DNA of 54,914 nucleotides, the filler included, from Asterionella formosa (lineage: Eukaryota), in the NCBI GenBank assembly GCA_002256025.1. It is 4 parts of 4 records of this genome, joined end to end, with 100 filler letters (N's around TTAATTAATTAA, not from the genome) between each part and the next. Parts side by side here need not be neighbours in the genome. Positions count along the whole stretch, not along the records: positions 27,518 to 41,170 come from NKIB01006512.1; positions 41,271 to 54,914 come from NKIB01006513.1; 2 more parts are not named here. The stretch is one strand, 5' to 3'. Of the stretch, positions 35,921-48,625 are shown piece after piece (the first letter of the stretch is position 1; each line of letters begins with the position of its first letter). The translations under genes and the position numbers were made by a program. The notes under the pieces were generated by a model. The model saw only the letters and a list, made by a program, of their open reading frames with translations, did not search any database and was not told the origin of the DNA.

Positions 35921-36429
35921 GTAAATCTTTTTCTTTGCCACCTTGTGTTTCCTCTTGCCCTTTGCTGCAACCTCCTCGAAATTCCTAAAGTACTAGCTCT
36001 CATCACTCATCATCACTTCTTTAATTTCATATCCAAACAGTTCTGGGGTTCAATGTTCTGATCTATACAAGCCTTGTAGATCTCACTCTTTTGCTTCCTC
36101 AGAAGCTCCATATACATCTTCGTCTGCATCTCTTAACGGTACCAATCCATGGCTCCCTTGACTTGGTATGGGGGATAATCCTGTTTGAACTCTTTGCACT
36201 CTTAGTAATACTAGTTGTCACTGCTGTAGTTCTTCCTGAAATAACTTGTGGAGTCAATCCATTAATGGAAGATGCCGAAGTTGTGCTTAGTGAAAGGGTA
36301 ATGGGAACTAGATCATTACAAGATCTAATGGCAGGCATGCTGTTGTTCCCTGCCATAACTACAATGAAGATGAGCAACAGTTAGTCAATTTTCATGTAAC
36401 TCAGTTCAACAATGCCACCATCTATTCGC

Positions 36430-37590
36430 CAAATTGACATACCTTGAGTAACTACAACCAGCCGGATCAAGAAGAGTCGACTTGAAGCTGATATCCAACT
36501 GTCTGCTCACGGCAGTTGCCCTTTGATGAACCACTAGCTCATGTAGACTCTTGTACCCAGCATTTCCCTTTGCTTCCCAGCCCCCATATCTCTATCCCTG
36601 TCTTCCAGCACCTTTATAAACATATTTTGGTGCAGGAGTATCATTGTCATGACCCTTCGTCATTGCCTTAGTATGCAACCACATATATCAACAATTCTCG
36701 AAGACTAACAAGGAAAAGATGTCGTCAGAAACACTTACGATGTCACTGACATGCTTCTTAGCACTTTGACATTTCCAAGACAACTTTCGCCCAACTTTGG
36801 AATAGAAGTACTCAACTAGAAGGAAGAAAGGATGATTTTTGGCTCCTTCTCTATCAGCTGTCTCCTGAGTAGAAACAGAATGGATGTTGGAGATTGTATG
36901 CTTATTCAGATGAATGTGCATACCATCATGAAATGGTCCTGAAGACTTTTGGATTGGAATGGGATGATTTGTTAGAAACCAAGTAGTATGTTGAACAAGT
37001 CAAGAATACATCAGGCATACCAAATCATGTTGTTGACTTACTTGCAAAGGCATGTTTGAGAGTGGTAACAATGGTGTTTTTCTTTTTATCCATAACTTAA
37101 TTGATATCATTCTTATATGTCTGTCAAATTGCCTCAAAGTCCTTGTCAGTTCCCATTAACAGGCTTGGGAAGTTAGCACAAAATGAGAGTGCCAGACTAA
37201 CTGGTCCCCTTTCACCTAGGTCAATATTACCAGTGATAAACTTGACTTTAGGAAAAAACTCAAGCTTGACCCATTGACAGACATTTTGGGTCCAATGCTT
37301 TTATCTTCCAATGCAATGGCCACCAGAAAGTTGAAGTCTTTGCTTCTCAGTAACTTTGTGAAGCTCTTCAATCTCCTTTCTACTTTTCTCCAACTCAGAT
37401 TTTCAATTCTCTTGTTGTTAGAAATAGTCAAAATTTTACTCTTACCATCAGTTGATAAAATGAGACTTTCATCATCATCACTAAGAGAATTGCTGTTCTC
37501 CGCTCCAGGAATATAGACTCCATTGTTGCTTTCACTGTCAGATGCAGAGGAAGCCTCAGCCTGAGACAGCTCCAGCAAATGTTTTGACAT
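36430..37590 (-). pseudogene. Decayed ORF, probably a DNA-transposon accessory protein
   Basis: Reading through stops gives VSVSDDIFSLLVFENC*YMW...PKYV...YGGWEAKG..YKSLHELVVHQR. This resembles an SDEAFxLLxxEN...W...GWxxxG motif recalled from TE-associated hypothetical proteins. CpG-poor. Confidence 0.35.
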
Positions 37591-37759
37591 TATCTCCGAA
37601 ATAGCTTGCCAGTGCTACAAGAAGCTACATGTACCATGCAATTGGACTAAAACAATCTGAGTCGTAATTGCATAGGGTAAAATATGAATGACTTAGTATA
37701 AGGTAGTTCTATTTTACAAAATATGTAATATTTATGATGAAATTAAATGCTCATGATTC

Positions 37760-40700
37760 TCAAGGGGATTCCTCGCTATTTTCATTGATTGGTATTGACT
37801 GAGATTTTGAGGAACCGATTGCAGCATCTTCTTCATCGACAACATTTTCACGTTCAATGGACATGTAATCGCCATCCGCAATGTTGATAACGTCTTGCTC
37901 GTCCCCTATTTCCTCGTTTTGAATGTCATCTATATCATTGAGTTTTTTGATTCGCGAGCGTTCATCTGCGCCATAGGCTTTCAATGACCTATTCGAACGT
38001 GGATTGTAAATGACCTTGAGCCCAAAATCATGTTCTCCCGATTCGTCAATAGTAGAAGGACACTTTTTTAATTTCATTGACTTGCGAATTTCAGCGACAC
38101 CAGAAAAGAGGGATGAGCGAATCGAACGTCGACCTGTAGATTCTTTCGCATTGGGAGATTCCTCTGAATTGATTTCGTCGCCGAGATCCTCACTATCCTT
38201 GCATTCGCCTTTCGGGATTACTGCTACCGCGGCAGAGGTGGTAGCTGTAGCGACATCATCGCCGCTTGGAGTCGAATTCTCCGAGATTACTCCGTGCGTC
38301 AGTGTGTCCGTGTGGGATTTGTCCATAGGGAGAGCAGAGTTACTGGCATTGTTGACATATGCGAATGTGGCTTGACGCGAACGAGCTTGGAACAAGTTGT
38401 AAGCTTGTCGCTTGCTATCTTCAGAAACTTTTAGACGGTCCGCACGAATGGATAACATCTTGGGAATGAAAATCAAGAGCAAAACTGCAAGTGCCGTGAT
38501 GAAGATAATGCCAGCTTCGACAAAGAACTTGGCCTGAGGATTTTCCCAAACAACAATCAAGATAGGGATACCCATACACCACGCCTGTAACACAGATGCC
38601 ATACTGATGGCTATATATCGTGATTCATGGTACTCCGTTTCAATATTTCGAGCTTGATAGGCCCACCAATTGGCTACAAGAAGGGCCGAGATGTTGAAAA
38701 TTAAGATCGCAATTACAAACGGCAAGGAGTCTCCATTGCTGCAAATCCCATACGACTCAATGGGACGGTCGAAGATGTCCGTCGACGATGCAGGCACTCG
38801 ATTCCATTCCAATGGAGCGATTAAAGTCCAAGGTATCATCACAGCAAGGTTGAGACCAAAGAGAATGGTGAAAGACACAAAAAAATCAAGAGAGGTCATG
38901 TGAATGAAATCAAGCTCGGGGTTCGTGAAAGCCTGCAAAATTGAGAATGAAGAAAGGTCAGATATGCAAATAATCAATTCCCAGAGCAAGGCTCAAAAGT
39001 ACACTTACCTGGTGGACACCACGAGTTTTTGCCATCAAAGCTGAAAAAGCCAAAATAGCACCAGATAAGTAAAGCCACGGAGCTGCCATACAGGCTGCAT
39101 CCAGTCCTGCAAGTCCTGTCACTGTCTCGTCGAAGGAAAGCGGGATAATGGACGATGCCATAACAAAGGTTCCCATGCAAATCATGAACAAGAAGAGTGG
39201 TTGTGATGATCGCACAATGCGCTCTGAACTGAACCATAGCAACCAACCCAATGCCATCAAGCACGCAAACATGACAATTCCCATCAAAGTATAACCAACT
39301 GCCAGCCCAGTAGGTCCAATGTAATTTTCATTAACAACTGCGTCAGGAAGGCTCTGAGGGACTGTTGTCCCACCACCGGCATATACAAACGACCGGTTCT
39401 CAATCGTTGACCAGATGCCGTCGGTGTAAGAATTTGTAGGAACAATGTCGAACAAAGTCGTATTAGAGTCGCTTGCTTTGGAGGGTCGAATGTTCAGGAC
39501 TTGAAAAGTCAATGTATTATAATCACGAGTACCCGTCACAGGATCAATTTTCAGGCGACCGGAAGCTCCATCCTGATCTAGATTGCGGAAAAATTCAAAC
39601 GCAGATGAGCCTGTGAAATTGTCAGTGTGATTGTACTGAGCCAAAGCACGGCAATAACTCAAGGCCAAACCAGTGACAGCGTCATACGCCAACGAACCAT
39701 GGCTTGTGGGTTCTTGGGAAAATTTCCAATTTAGGTCATAACCAGCGATGGAGCTCAGAGATGCATCAACCTTGCCGTTGGCATATTTTAAAAAGTCTTT
39801 GTTCATCATGGCATCTCTCCACGCTGTTCGAAAGCGCTGAAAACTAGAAGTAGGATTCTTTTGGACAGGTGGAACGTCATCCTTGTGAGGATAAATAATT
39901 TCAGGACGAATTCCACCGCTCACCTCAATCAAACCAATACCAGCGGAAGCCTTCGCAAGGCTCGAGTCTGGGTGAAAGAAAGGGAGTCAATCAAACTTCA
40001 TGTCCAAACTGACAAATCAGAAAAAGGAATACCCTGTCTATGGAAGTGCCTTACCTGCTTTGAACTTGAGTTTGCTACGAAAGGTGGGAAGATCAAATCC
40101 ATCGAAAATCCACAATTTTCCGTCACCAACTAATCCCTGATCATACGCGGCTTGCATGATGGCCTCATAATGAGACTCAAATGCAATAACGTAAAACAAA
40201 TTAAATTGTTTGCTTTTCAAAGATGCGACCGCGTTGGGAATCTCAAGACCATTGAAATCTGCAGCGTAGGAAAATGCAACCGAATCTGTGATAATTCCGA
40301 CTTGAGTAGCAGCGTCCTGAAATGCTTTTTGTAATGACGATCCAAACGAGTCAGTCACAAACAAAATCCCAACATGAGTGGCTTTGAGGATTTTGCTGAA
40401 ATACTCCACTGGAACCTGAGCTTCGCCAATACTTCCCATAATAGTGCGCCCAAAGATAGGATACTGTTCCTTTACATCGAAGTCGTTCGCAGTCGAAGCG
40501 TAAGAGACTTGAGGAATATCGTTCACTCCAGTGAGAATAGCAATGGGAGAGGTGACTGCCGAACGGTATGCTCCGATGACTCCAGCAGGAAGCGGACTTT
40601 CTAAGGAATGATTGCGTTGAAGAACACGAGTAAATACTCTGGTAGCATTGATCGGAGAATTCTGCGAGTCCAAAAGTTCCAAAGTGACCTTGATGTTGCA

Positions 40701-41024
40701 ATGAGAGAGTTCCTCGGCATCGAGAAACGGCGACAGTCCAAAATTATTGAAATGGTAAATGGCCAATAGCGCTGCACCGGCGTCGTTCCTGTTGCCCTCT
40801 CTAAAGCCAGAACTATCTGTAAAGGGCAACAAAGCAGTAAAACTCGCTAAACGATAGACCTCTCCTTCAGAGTCAGTAACCGAGAAGAGATTGTTCAATG
40901 AACTGTTCGCAACAGATGTTGACAGCGAGCGATTTCTTCTTAACATGTCGAAGTAATCGATTGGTGTTTCTGCTGTTGCACTCAACAGCATAAACCATGA
41001 GCCTATTAAGAAGCTCGTCAGCAT
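37760..41024 (-). CDS. Class C (GABA-B/metabotropic glutamate-like) G-protein-coupled receptor, ~1033 aa
   Basis: Exons 41024-40055, 39967-39009 and 38932-37760, with GT-AG introns at 40054-39968 and 39008-38933. Signal peptide; Venus-flytrap domain (VIGAYRSAVT, IPQVSYAST, AYDAV); 7tm_3 motifs (IVRSSQPLFL, LMAKT, AYQARNIETEYHESRYI, LIFIPK). Confidence 0.92.
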
Positions 41025-41277
41025 GGTCCTCTTATTGTGATTGGGCGATGCAAAGGGAACTAGGCTACTAATAGACAGAAGGATGATGATCCCATTAGGA
41101 TGTTGGCGGCGACTGCGAGGACTATCATGGGGAAGATGACTGCCGGTAAATACCGGGACACGCGTAGAATNNNNNNNNNNNNNNNNNNNNNNNNNNNNNN
41201 NNNNNNNNNNNNNNTTAATTAATTAANNNNNNNNNNNNNNNNNNNNNNNNNNNNNNNNNNNNNNNNNNNNCCGCGGG

Positions 41278-42849
41278 ATGACAAGACTATCGTTTGGTGT
41301 AGGCGATCGCGGGTACTCTGATTTTACACAATTGGTCCACAATGACGAGCTCCTTAGAGACGATTCCGACAATTCAACGCTTTGCGAATTGAGACCAGAA
41401 TCGCAAGCGCACATCGGCTCCTCACAGCGCAACTTCAGCTTTGCCAGAGAATCCAAGATGCTCCTGAAGATCGCCATCCCAGCGGTGGCCGTTCAACTCA
41501 GTGCCTTCTTCATCTTCCCGCAGACGGCGAGTTCTGTTGGAAGGACTTTGGGCACAGACGCGCTTGCCGGGTTTTCATTGGCGTCATTAACTGGTAACCT
41601 CACAATCTTATCTGTTATGGTCGGGGCTCTCACAGCCGCGGATACACTAATGCCTCGAGCCTATGGAGAAGGACAATACTCAGAAGTCGGGCACCTTGCC
41701 ATTCGCGGATTTGTCGTTTGTTTCTTCCTGTTAATTCCTCCATTGATTCCGCTCTGCTTTTACATGGATTGGGTATACGATATGCTCGGACAAAATAAAC
41801 TGGCAAGTCAGCTTGCTAGTGAGTGGATTCGAGTTCATCTTTTAGGAGTTCCAGCCATGCTGCTCTTTCGAGTTCTGCAATCATTCTTGAATGCCCAACA
41901 TTCAGTTATGCCCATGGCATGGGCTGCCATGATTTCGTCGTTTATCATTCATCCTATTGTGCTACATATCATGGTCAAGCACTTTGGATTCTTTGGGTCT
42001 GGCTTCGCGGTGAGCATTACACAAACGTGCATGGGGCTAATCCTTGTATTGATTCTTAAATTCAAACCGTCGTACTACTTGCCCGAAACATGGCCCGTCG
42101 TCTCCATCGCCTCTGTAAACGACGCGCTTGCCATGCGACCCATTCAAAAGTTTCTCGCCCTCAGTTTGGGTGGGGTCTTGAGTTTATCAGATTGTTGGTT
42201 CTGGGAGACCGTTTGTTTCATGGTTGGGACCTTTGGAATTGTTCCTCTATGTGTTCATACGATCGCATACAACCTTGTTCCGCTCTCATTTATGATTCCT
42301 CTTGGAATAGCCATAGGATTGACAGTACGAATGGGAAACATATTGGCCAAGGATGTCCAACGTGCCAAGCAAATGGCCATGTGGTGCATGGCGTTCACCG
42401 TTGCATTGGCGTCTATTATTAGTGGCCTTATGTTATTCCTTCGAATAGCCATTGTGCAACTCTTTTCAAGCGACCCACAAGTCCTACAGGGATGTGAAGA
42501 GATATGGCCCAAGCTTTGTTATTTTATTTGGATCCTTTACATTTTTGGCATTCAATCTGCTATTCTGCGAGCATTGGGGATGCAGTGGGAATTGGCCAAA
42601 ATTATCTTCATTTGCCTCTGGTGTGGAGCACTTCCAGTGATTTGGTACTACTCTGTGCGCGAGAATGTCGGAATCGACGCTGTGTGGTCAATCCTACCTG
42701 TGATGTACACCCTGATGCAGGTCCTACTTTTCCTGAGTTATGCTAATGCAGATTGGCACAACATTTCAATAACTATCAGGGAAAATTCTAGATTATCTAT
42801 GAAACAAAGGGAGCTTGTGACAGAAACGACATCACTGCTTGTATCATGA
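41278..42849 (+). CDS. MATE-family efflux transporter
   Basis: 523 aa with about 12 TM segments. Motifs LKIAIP, GTDALAGFSLA, DTLMPRAYG, IPLGIAIGLTVRMGNILA, ILRALG. The start lies 7 bp after a gap, so the N-terminus may be incomplete. Confidence 0.92.
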   Translation: MTRLSFGVGDRGYSDFTQLVHNDELLRDDSDNSTLCELRPESQAHIGSSQRNFSFARESKMLLKIAIPAVAVQLSAFFIFPQTASSVGRTLGTDALAGFSLASLTGNLTILSVMVGALTAADTLMPRAYGEGQYSEVGHLAIRGFVVCFFLLIPPLIPLCFYMDWVYDMLGQNKLASQLASEWIRVHLLGVPAMLLFRVLQSFLNAQHSVMPMAWAAMISSFIIHPIVLHIMVKHFGFFGSGFAVSITQTCMGLILVLILKFKPSYYLPETWPVVSIASVNDALAMRPIQKFLALSLGGVLSLSDCWFWETVCFMVGTFGIVPLCVHTIAYNLVPLSFMIPLGIAIGLTVRMGNILAKDVQRAKQMAMWCMAFTVALASIISGLMLFLRIAIVQLFSSDPQVLQGCEEIWPKLCYFIWILYIFGIQSAILRALGMQWELAKIIFICLWCGALPVIWYYSVRENVGIDAVWSILPVMYTLMQVLLFLSYANADWHNISITIRENSRLSMKQRELVTETTSLLVS

Positions 42850-42890
42850 CAGTGTTTCTACATATCAATACAGGGATTGCATTTCAAAAT

Positions 42891-45611
42891 TCACAAACCG
42901 ATGCTATCCAGTTTCGTCTGTGCATTCATTTGTCGATTGATTAGGTTTGAGTAGGCCCCATCAGGATTTTGAACCAAAGTGTCATGGTTTCCTGTCTCAA
43001 TGACTTTTCCATCTTCGACAACAAAGATAATGTCAGCATTTCGCACAGTTGACAAACGATGAGCGACAATGAGGACAGTCATTCCAGGTCCTTTATCTGA
43101 TGTTCCTCGACCACGTGCTAACATATCATCAATTGCTTCTTGAACGAGTGCCTCACTCTCTGCATCGAGTGCCGAAGTTGCTTCGTCAAGGAGTAGAATT
43201 CGAGGTTTTCGTACCAAGGCACGAGCGATTGCAACTCGCTGCTTCTGCCCTCCACTCAGCTGTACTCCTCGCTCACCAACATCAGTTTCGTATCCAAAAG
43301 GAAGTTTTTCTATGAAACTGGCCGCATTTGCTAATCTAGCTGCCTCATGAATTTCGTCGTCTGATGGTTCGTACTCTGTTCCTTCCAACCCATACATGAT
43401 ATTTCGTCGAATTGACCGGGCAAACAAAGTCGGTTCCTGCGAGACAACAGATACGTTTCGACTCAGCCATTGAGGACTCAAATTGTGGACGAGCCTGCCA
43501 TCAATCTTGATTTCCCCGGAAGAAGGTTCATACAGATGCTGAACTAATGACATGACTGAACTCTTACCTGACCCGCTTGGACCCACCAAGGCAACGACTG
43601 ATCCGGGAGGCACACGCAAGGTCATGTCGTGAAGGACTCTTCGCTGAGGTCGAGCAGGATAGAATAGCTCTACCTTATCGAGAGTCAATTCCCCTTCACA
43701 TGAATCTGGGTTGATACCTCTGTACCGTTGTTGAAAGGTCTTTTTGGCTTCAATTCCCATAATCCCACGAGCAGATGCACAATTCACCTGAGGATTAGAG
43801 TTTATAGAGGGAGCGGTCAAGCGGGGCTTTCGGTTCATGAGCTCAAATACTTTATCTGCGGCTCCGACTGCTTGTGTCAAGGAGCTGAAAATGTAGCCAA
43901 TGGCACCAAAGGCCTCTGAGAGCGATTGGAGATAGAGAAGGAAGCTTACAAGTTGTCCACTGGTCATGTCGCCATTTCGTACCAGCAATCCACCGTAAAA
44001 CAAGACAACTGCGGTCACCAAGTTAGGTAGACACGTCACGCAAGTACAGTAACCTAGGTACGCGATTGCGGATCTCAAATTGAGATCCAGGTATTCCTGC
44101 ATTTTGTTTTCGAATTCTTTCAACTCGGATGCGGCAGCATCAAACGCCCTCACAGTTGCCATCGAGCCAATTGCAGCTTCGCTGACTGAATTTCCGTCCG
44201 CTAGCTTCTTTTGCATCAATTTTGTGAGGGAGCGCACAAATCCACCATACCACTTGGAAAGTACGGTGATCACTGGTACCGAGATGAAGGCCAGCAAAGT
44301 GAGCTGCCAGCTAATGACTGACATGAAAAGTAGGACCCCAATTACTTGGACCACAGAACGAAGAAAAACGTTGACGTTGAGCGTCACTTGATCACCAACG
44401 AGAGTGGTGTCTGACGATAGGCGCGAAGTGATATCGCCAGTCTTTGTAACATCAAAGAAACCAATATCTTGGGATAACAAGGAATCCATAAGCTTCACTC
44501 GGAGTCGTACATTCACATTAGCTCCTACGATGGTGAATATAGATCCACGGAATCCGCTGAACACTCCACAAGCAACGCTAGCCACGACCAACATCTCGAC
44601 ATTCCGAATAAACCCAGGCACTTCAAAAATACTCTTGGTATCCTTGTCCATGGCACTGAGAGCATCCAAAATATTCCCCGTAAATCTGGGCACGTAAATT
44701 TGCGCTGTGGCAGCCAGCAACAAGAAAACGAAGGCAGCAGCGATGTAAGGAAGGTCTGGGTAACAAAGGCCTAGTAAGTCTGTCCATTTGGCATGGTACG
44801 AGGGATCACCAGTGATATCCGATACTCCACGAACGTCAACAGGGCACTCGGGTACTTCTACATCATTTCCCTCCTGGTCACCATCTTGATTTCTATTCTC
44901 GGGCGAGTCTCCAGAGAGCAGCGGGATGCTGAGGCTGGATCCAATCCTTCGAATCCACGCATTCGAAACACCCACGCGTGACCGCCTGCTGGCTCGTCCA
45001 CACTCGCCAGCAAGTAAAGAAACAGAGTGAAGGAAGGTTGATTCATAGGTAGATAGGGAAGAGGAAACTAATAGAGCCATCCAGAAAATGGGATGCATCG
45101 GTTTAGTATCTTGAAATACACCAAGTTCAACATTCAGGCGAGCGAGACATTTGACAACCGAAAGAAGTCCCGTGACCAAGCAAACAAGTTCGCACAAAAA
45201 CGAAGATCTGGAGACGAAGCGCTTGAAGCAGGGCCAGATTGGTTCTTCAAGCGCTTCGTGTTCGAGTTCCTCTCTCGTTTTCTTATCCCCGTTTCTGTGG
45301 TACAACTCAAATGGAGATTCCACAGGAACGGAATCGGACCAATAGTTCTGCAACATGGAAACGACTGCAGCAATCATACGTAGAGCTGCCAAGACTGCAA
45401 GGTCCCAAAGAGATCCATAGATAGTGTAATGTGACAGTTTCTCGCCCTCATATTTCCTAGCAACGGGAAGAATGGGAGTCAAGAGCAGGATAGCGGCGAT
45501 TGCGTCAATGAGGAGAACAGCGACAAAGACCCAGAGAGTCCAGCTCGATTTGTTCGTTTCCGGTACGTTTTCACTATTTCTTCTCTGCCCAGTAACTTCT
45601 TGCTGACACAT
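42891..45611 (-). CDS. ABC transporter subfamily B half-transporter (TAP/ABCB9-like) with an extra N-terminal TM domain
   Basis: Walker A GPSGSGKS, Q-loop VSQEP, signature LSGGQKQR, Walker B LLLDEATSALD, H-loop IVAHRLST, and TMD motif FFDVTKTGDITSRL. First ATG at 45611 (the ORF track start is TTG). Confidence 0.95.
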   Translation of the reverse strand: MCQQEVTGQRRNSENVPETNKSSWTLWVFVAVLLIDAIAAILLLTPILPVARKYEGEKLSHYTIYGSLWDLAVLAALRMIAAVVSMLQNYWSDSVPVESPFELYHRNGDKKTREELEHEALEEPIWPCFKRFVSRSSFLCELVCLVTGLLSVVKCLARLNVELGVFQDTKPMHPIFWMALLVSSSLSTYESTFLHSVSLLAGECGRASRRSRVGVSNAWIRRIGSSLSIPLLSGDSPENRNQDGDQEGNDVEVPECPVDVRGVSDITGDPSYHAKWTDLLGLCYPDLPYIAAAFVFLLLAATAQIYVPRFTGNILDALSAMDKDTKSIFEVPGFIRNVEMLVVASVACGVFSGFRGSIFTIVGANVNVRLRVKLMDSLLSQDIGFFDVTKTGDITSRLSSDTTLVGDQVTLNVNVFLRSVVQVIGVLLFMSVISWQLTLLAFISVPVITVLSKWYGGFVRSLTKLMQKKLADGNSVSEAAIGSMATVRAFDAAASELKEFENKMQEYLDLNLRSAIAYLGYCTCVTCLPNLVTAVVLFYGGLLVRNGDMTSGQLVSFLLYLQSLSEAFGAIGYIFSSLTQAVGAADKVFELMNRKPRLTAPSINSNPQVNCASARGIMGIEAKKTFQQRYRGINPDSCEGELTLDKVELFYPARPQRRVLHDMTLRVPPGSVVALVGPSGSGKSSVMSLVQHLYEPSSGEIKIDGRLVHNLSPQWLSRNVSVVSQEPTLFARSIRRNIMYGLEGTEYEPSDDEIHEAARLANAASFIEKLPFGYETDVGERGVQLSGGQKQRVAIARALVRKPRILLLDEATSALDAESEALVQEAIDDMLARGRGTSDKGPGMTVLIVAHRLSTVRNADIIFVVEDGKVIETGNHDTLVQNPDGAYSNLINRQMNAQTKLDSIGL

Positions 45612-46064
45612 GCTGAATGACAAGGGGAACAAGGCAGAATACGTCTGAAATCAAAGTAGCGGCAGAGTGGATTCTTCTTTCTCCCGCTATTAGTTATTTA
45701 TGGTTGTATGCCTCTTTCGCATCGTTGTTGTGGTTGCAAATATGCATCTGTGCGTTCTTTCGCAGAAAATCGATTCCATACCATATTCATTTTTTATATA
45801 GCGGTATATATAGACACACGTATTCCGGTGCCAGTATTTAGGTAGTCTATAAATACAGTATATGTAATTATTATTTTTGGAATAACTTACCCGGTAACTT
45901 GCCAATTTCGTATCCCTTTACCGGGTGCTTAAATTGTCAGAATGAGTAAAAAGGATACCGGTACATGCGGTGAGACTAAAAAGCTTGACAATCTGCCTTG
46001 GGATGTCTTGTATGTTAAAGATATATCATTCGAATCATTTGACTCGTTTGACTCCGAGTCATAA

Positions 46065-46350
46065 CTACGTACCGGTAGATGAGCTCACTTTAACACTATC
46101 CTTGTTCCAACAATCCATCATCCTTTTTTGGATCGCGTATCCGTGTATGTTCATAATCTTGTCCGCGACATTTTTAGTTAGGACATCTGCAGGATCCTTT
46201 CCCGTATTGACGTAGTCAAAATTAATCGTTCCATTTTCGACTTGTTCTTGTACATATTGATATCCTCCGTCGATGTATATTGTATGTGCCACGACCTGAT
46301 GATTTTTCGTTAAATAAATCGCACCGTTATTAATGCTAAGTTTTCTACAC
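46065..46350 (-). pseudogene. Copia RNase H C-terminal remnant with PPT/LTR start
   Basis: NNGAIYLTKN...YVQEQVENGTINFDYVNTGKDPADVLTKNV, followed by a purine tract GGAACAAGGATAG and TGTTAA. Confidence 0.75.
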
Positions 46351-46559
46351 AATTGTATATGTGTATTCCTGGGAGATGCTGGCTCAATGGTATAGTAATA
46401 TTATTTTCGCCCACTTCGGCCGTTGCTAAAGGTGGACCAAAACGCAAGCCAAACAGTGTTTTGGTTTCGGTAACCCTAATAAACGATGCTATCAGGAGTG
46501 AAAAACCCAATGCAAACGCATTACGTGTAGGGGATTCCATGCCCATATCCCAATATGTT

Positions 46560-47170
46560 ACCCAAACGCATTACAAACTGGTACATACTATACATTTCCA
46601 GACCAGCAGTTGAATCATCGTCATTTCAAAAAATTCCGCCGCAGATTTCGACTAACACACAACCAGCCAGTTCCTCCAATTTGTTGTTGATGCTAGAAAT
46701 TCAAATTGATTTCCTCGCTGGACTCAACCTGATGCAACAGGAAGGGCATCATGACCCCTTGAACTTATGGTTTGAGGAGTATTCAGGTACCTTGTGAGAG
46801 GATGGACTTTTGATGACATCGAGGAGAATACTGGTATCAGTCAAGAGACCCACAGGCAATTCTTCCATGCCTTTATTGAAGTTGGAAGTACCATCCTTTA
46901 CAAAAAATATGTTAGAACTCCAACAAACCCATTGGAATCAGAGCATCACATGTTTGAAATGACACAGGCAGGTTTCCCTGGATGTCTTGCTGGGTCCACA
47001 GATGCTACACATGTGTCAATAGAGCGATGCTTCAATCGGCTTTGGAACCAGGATATATCATCAAAACTTCCTTGTACAGCCAGGACTTATAATGCTACTG
47101 TGAATCATTGCTGGAGGATCCTGTCAAGTACGACAGGGCATCCTTGTCGATAGAATGATAAAACATTAGC
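46560..47170 (+). pseudogene. Harbinger-superfamily ('plant transposon protein'-like) transposase fragment
   Basis: RYLVRGWTFDDIEENTGISQETHRQFF, AGFPGCLAGSTDATH, RTYNATVNH, RILSSTTGHP.R*NDKT. Contains stops and is truncated. Confidence 0.75.
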
Positions 47171-48625
47171 TGGTTCGCTGTAGCTCATTCGACCCTTCAG
47201 ATATCGAACCATATGGTTTAATACATGGTTGTCATAGTCTTCAACATTGTTCCCAGAAGGCAAAGTCCCATCAGGGAGGAGTAATAATTGCGACCCAAAT
47301 GCTAAGGCCTTCTTCCAATTCAGCAGGGAATGCTGAGCCATCTTCAACAGAGTTCGACCAGTAATAAAAGTGGACATATTTTTATTCCAGCCAGTGCCTG
47401 CAAGAGATCTTGTAGTGAATTTGGAGCCAACAACATATCTTCTTTGTCAATCACGGGAATAGCAATCTTTTTAAGACCAAATCAAAGGCAGAAACGCGAT
47501 CTGCATTTCTTCCTGGGAGGTTGGTATTCAGCTGCTCTTTACTCCAAAGGTCTTCGAACTGACCCCTTCCCCTCAGCAGAGACTCCAAATATCCAATGAA
47601 TCCTTTCACGGATGGATCGCCATGTTCAACTAGATATATTTTATTCTGAAGATTTTTGATCGTTATTGTTGGCCCTCCTGATACCTTGTCCAGAACAGAA
47701 ACAGCAACAGTTTGTTGCAACTCCTTTTGCCATGCAGAGGGAGAAAGAGCTCTCTTGGCTGGAAGGGGTGCTGGTGCCATGATCGAGGATGCTGAATGGC
47801 GATCGACAGATGTTGTTATGTTCTTGTTGTTGTTGTGTACCTGGTAATCTGTACTTGGAGTATATATTTACGACACTATATTACATGTACATACTGGTGT
47901 GTAGTTGGATGACAAGACAGCAGCATCGCTCAAATTGCGGGAAAAACTAACTAATTCCCAAATAGGAATCATAATATTTCACTTATAAAAGTAGTCTAAT
48001 AGAAATATTTTACTTTATTAATAATGGTTTTGTCATCCTACCTCACAGTAGATGGGTAGTTGACAACTTTTAGGATTTCCCAAAAACCGATAGCATTGTT
48101 TTTGCGTCAGTCCGTTGACCAAAACCAATCCAAAAAAAAGTTTTTGGGTTTTGGTTTGGGTCAATGGTTAGCAATGGCCTTAGCCGATTGCCACTTTCCG
48201 ACCCATTCATCTGATTATATCCAAAACACAAGACTTAATTGACAACAAGATTTGTTGTATCTGACACAACATCAGAAACAACTTTGTCATACTAAAAACA
48301 GGCACAACTGGAAAATTAGAAAAAAATAGGTGGAAACCCAGTGTATATTATCCAGTGATGGCTCAAAGCCATTTTCAACTGGTATACGGTATCAGTATCT
48401 ACCAAGAGAAAATGCAGAAAATTGTTTTCCCACATACCGGTATGTATGTTTGTATGTAAAACTGTATATAACTACCCGGTATTGGATTCAATTACGGTAC
48501 CAGGTACCAGGTATCACCAGGTATTTACCTGTATATACACTTGAACCAAGATTTTTCACCTGGCTCAGAATTCGACACGATTCATTCTTACCACGTCCAT
48601 GGTGACGAACGAAAAAAACGTTTCA

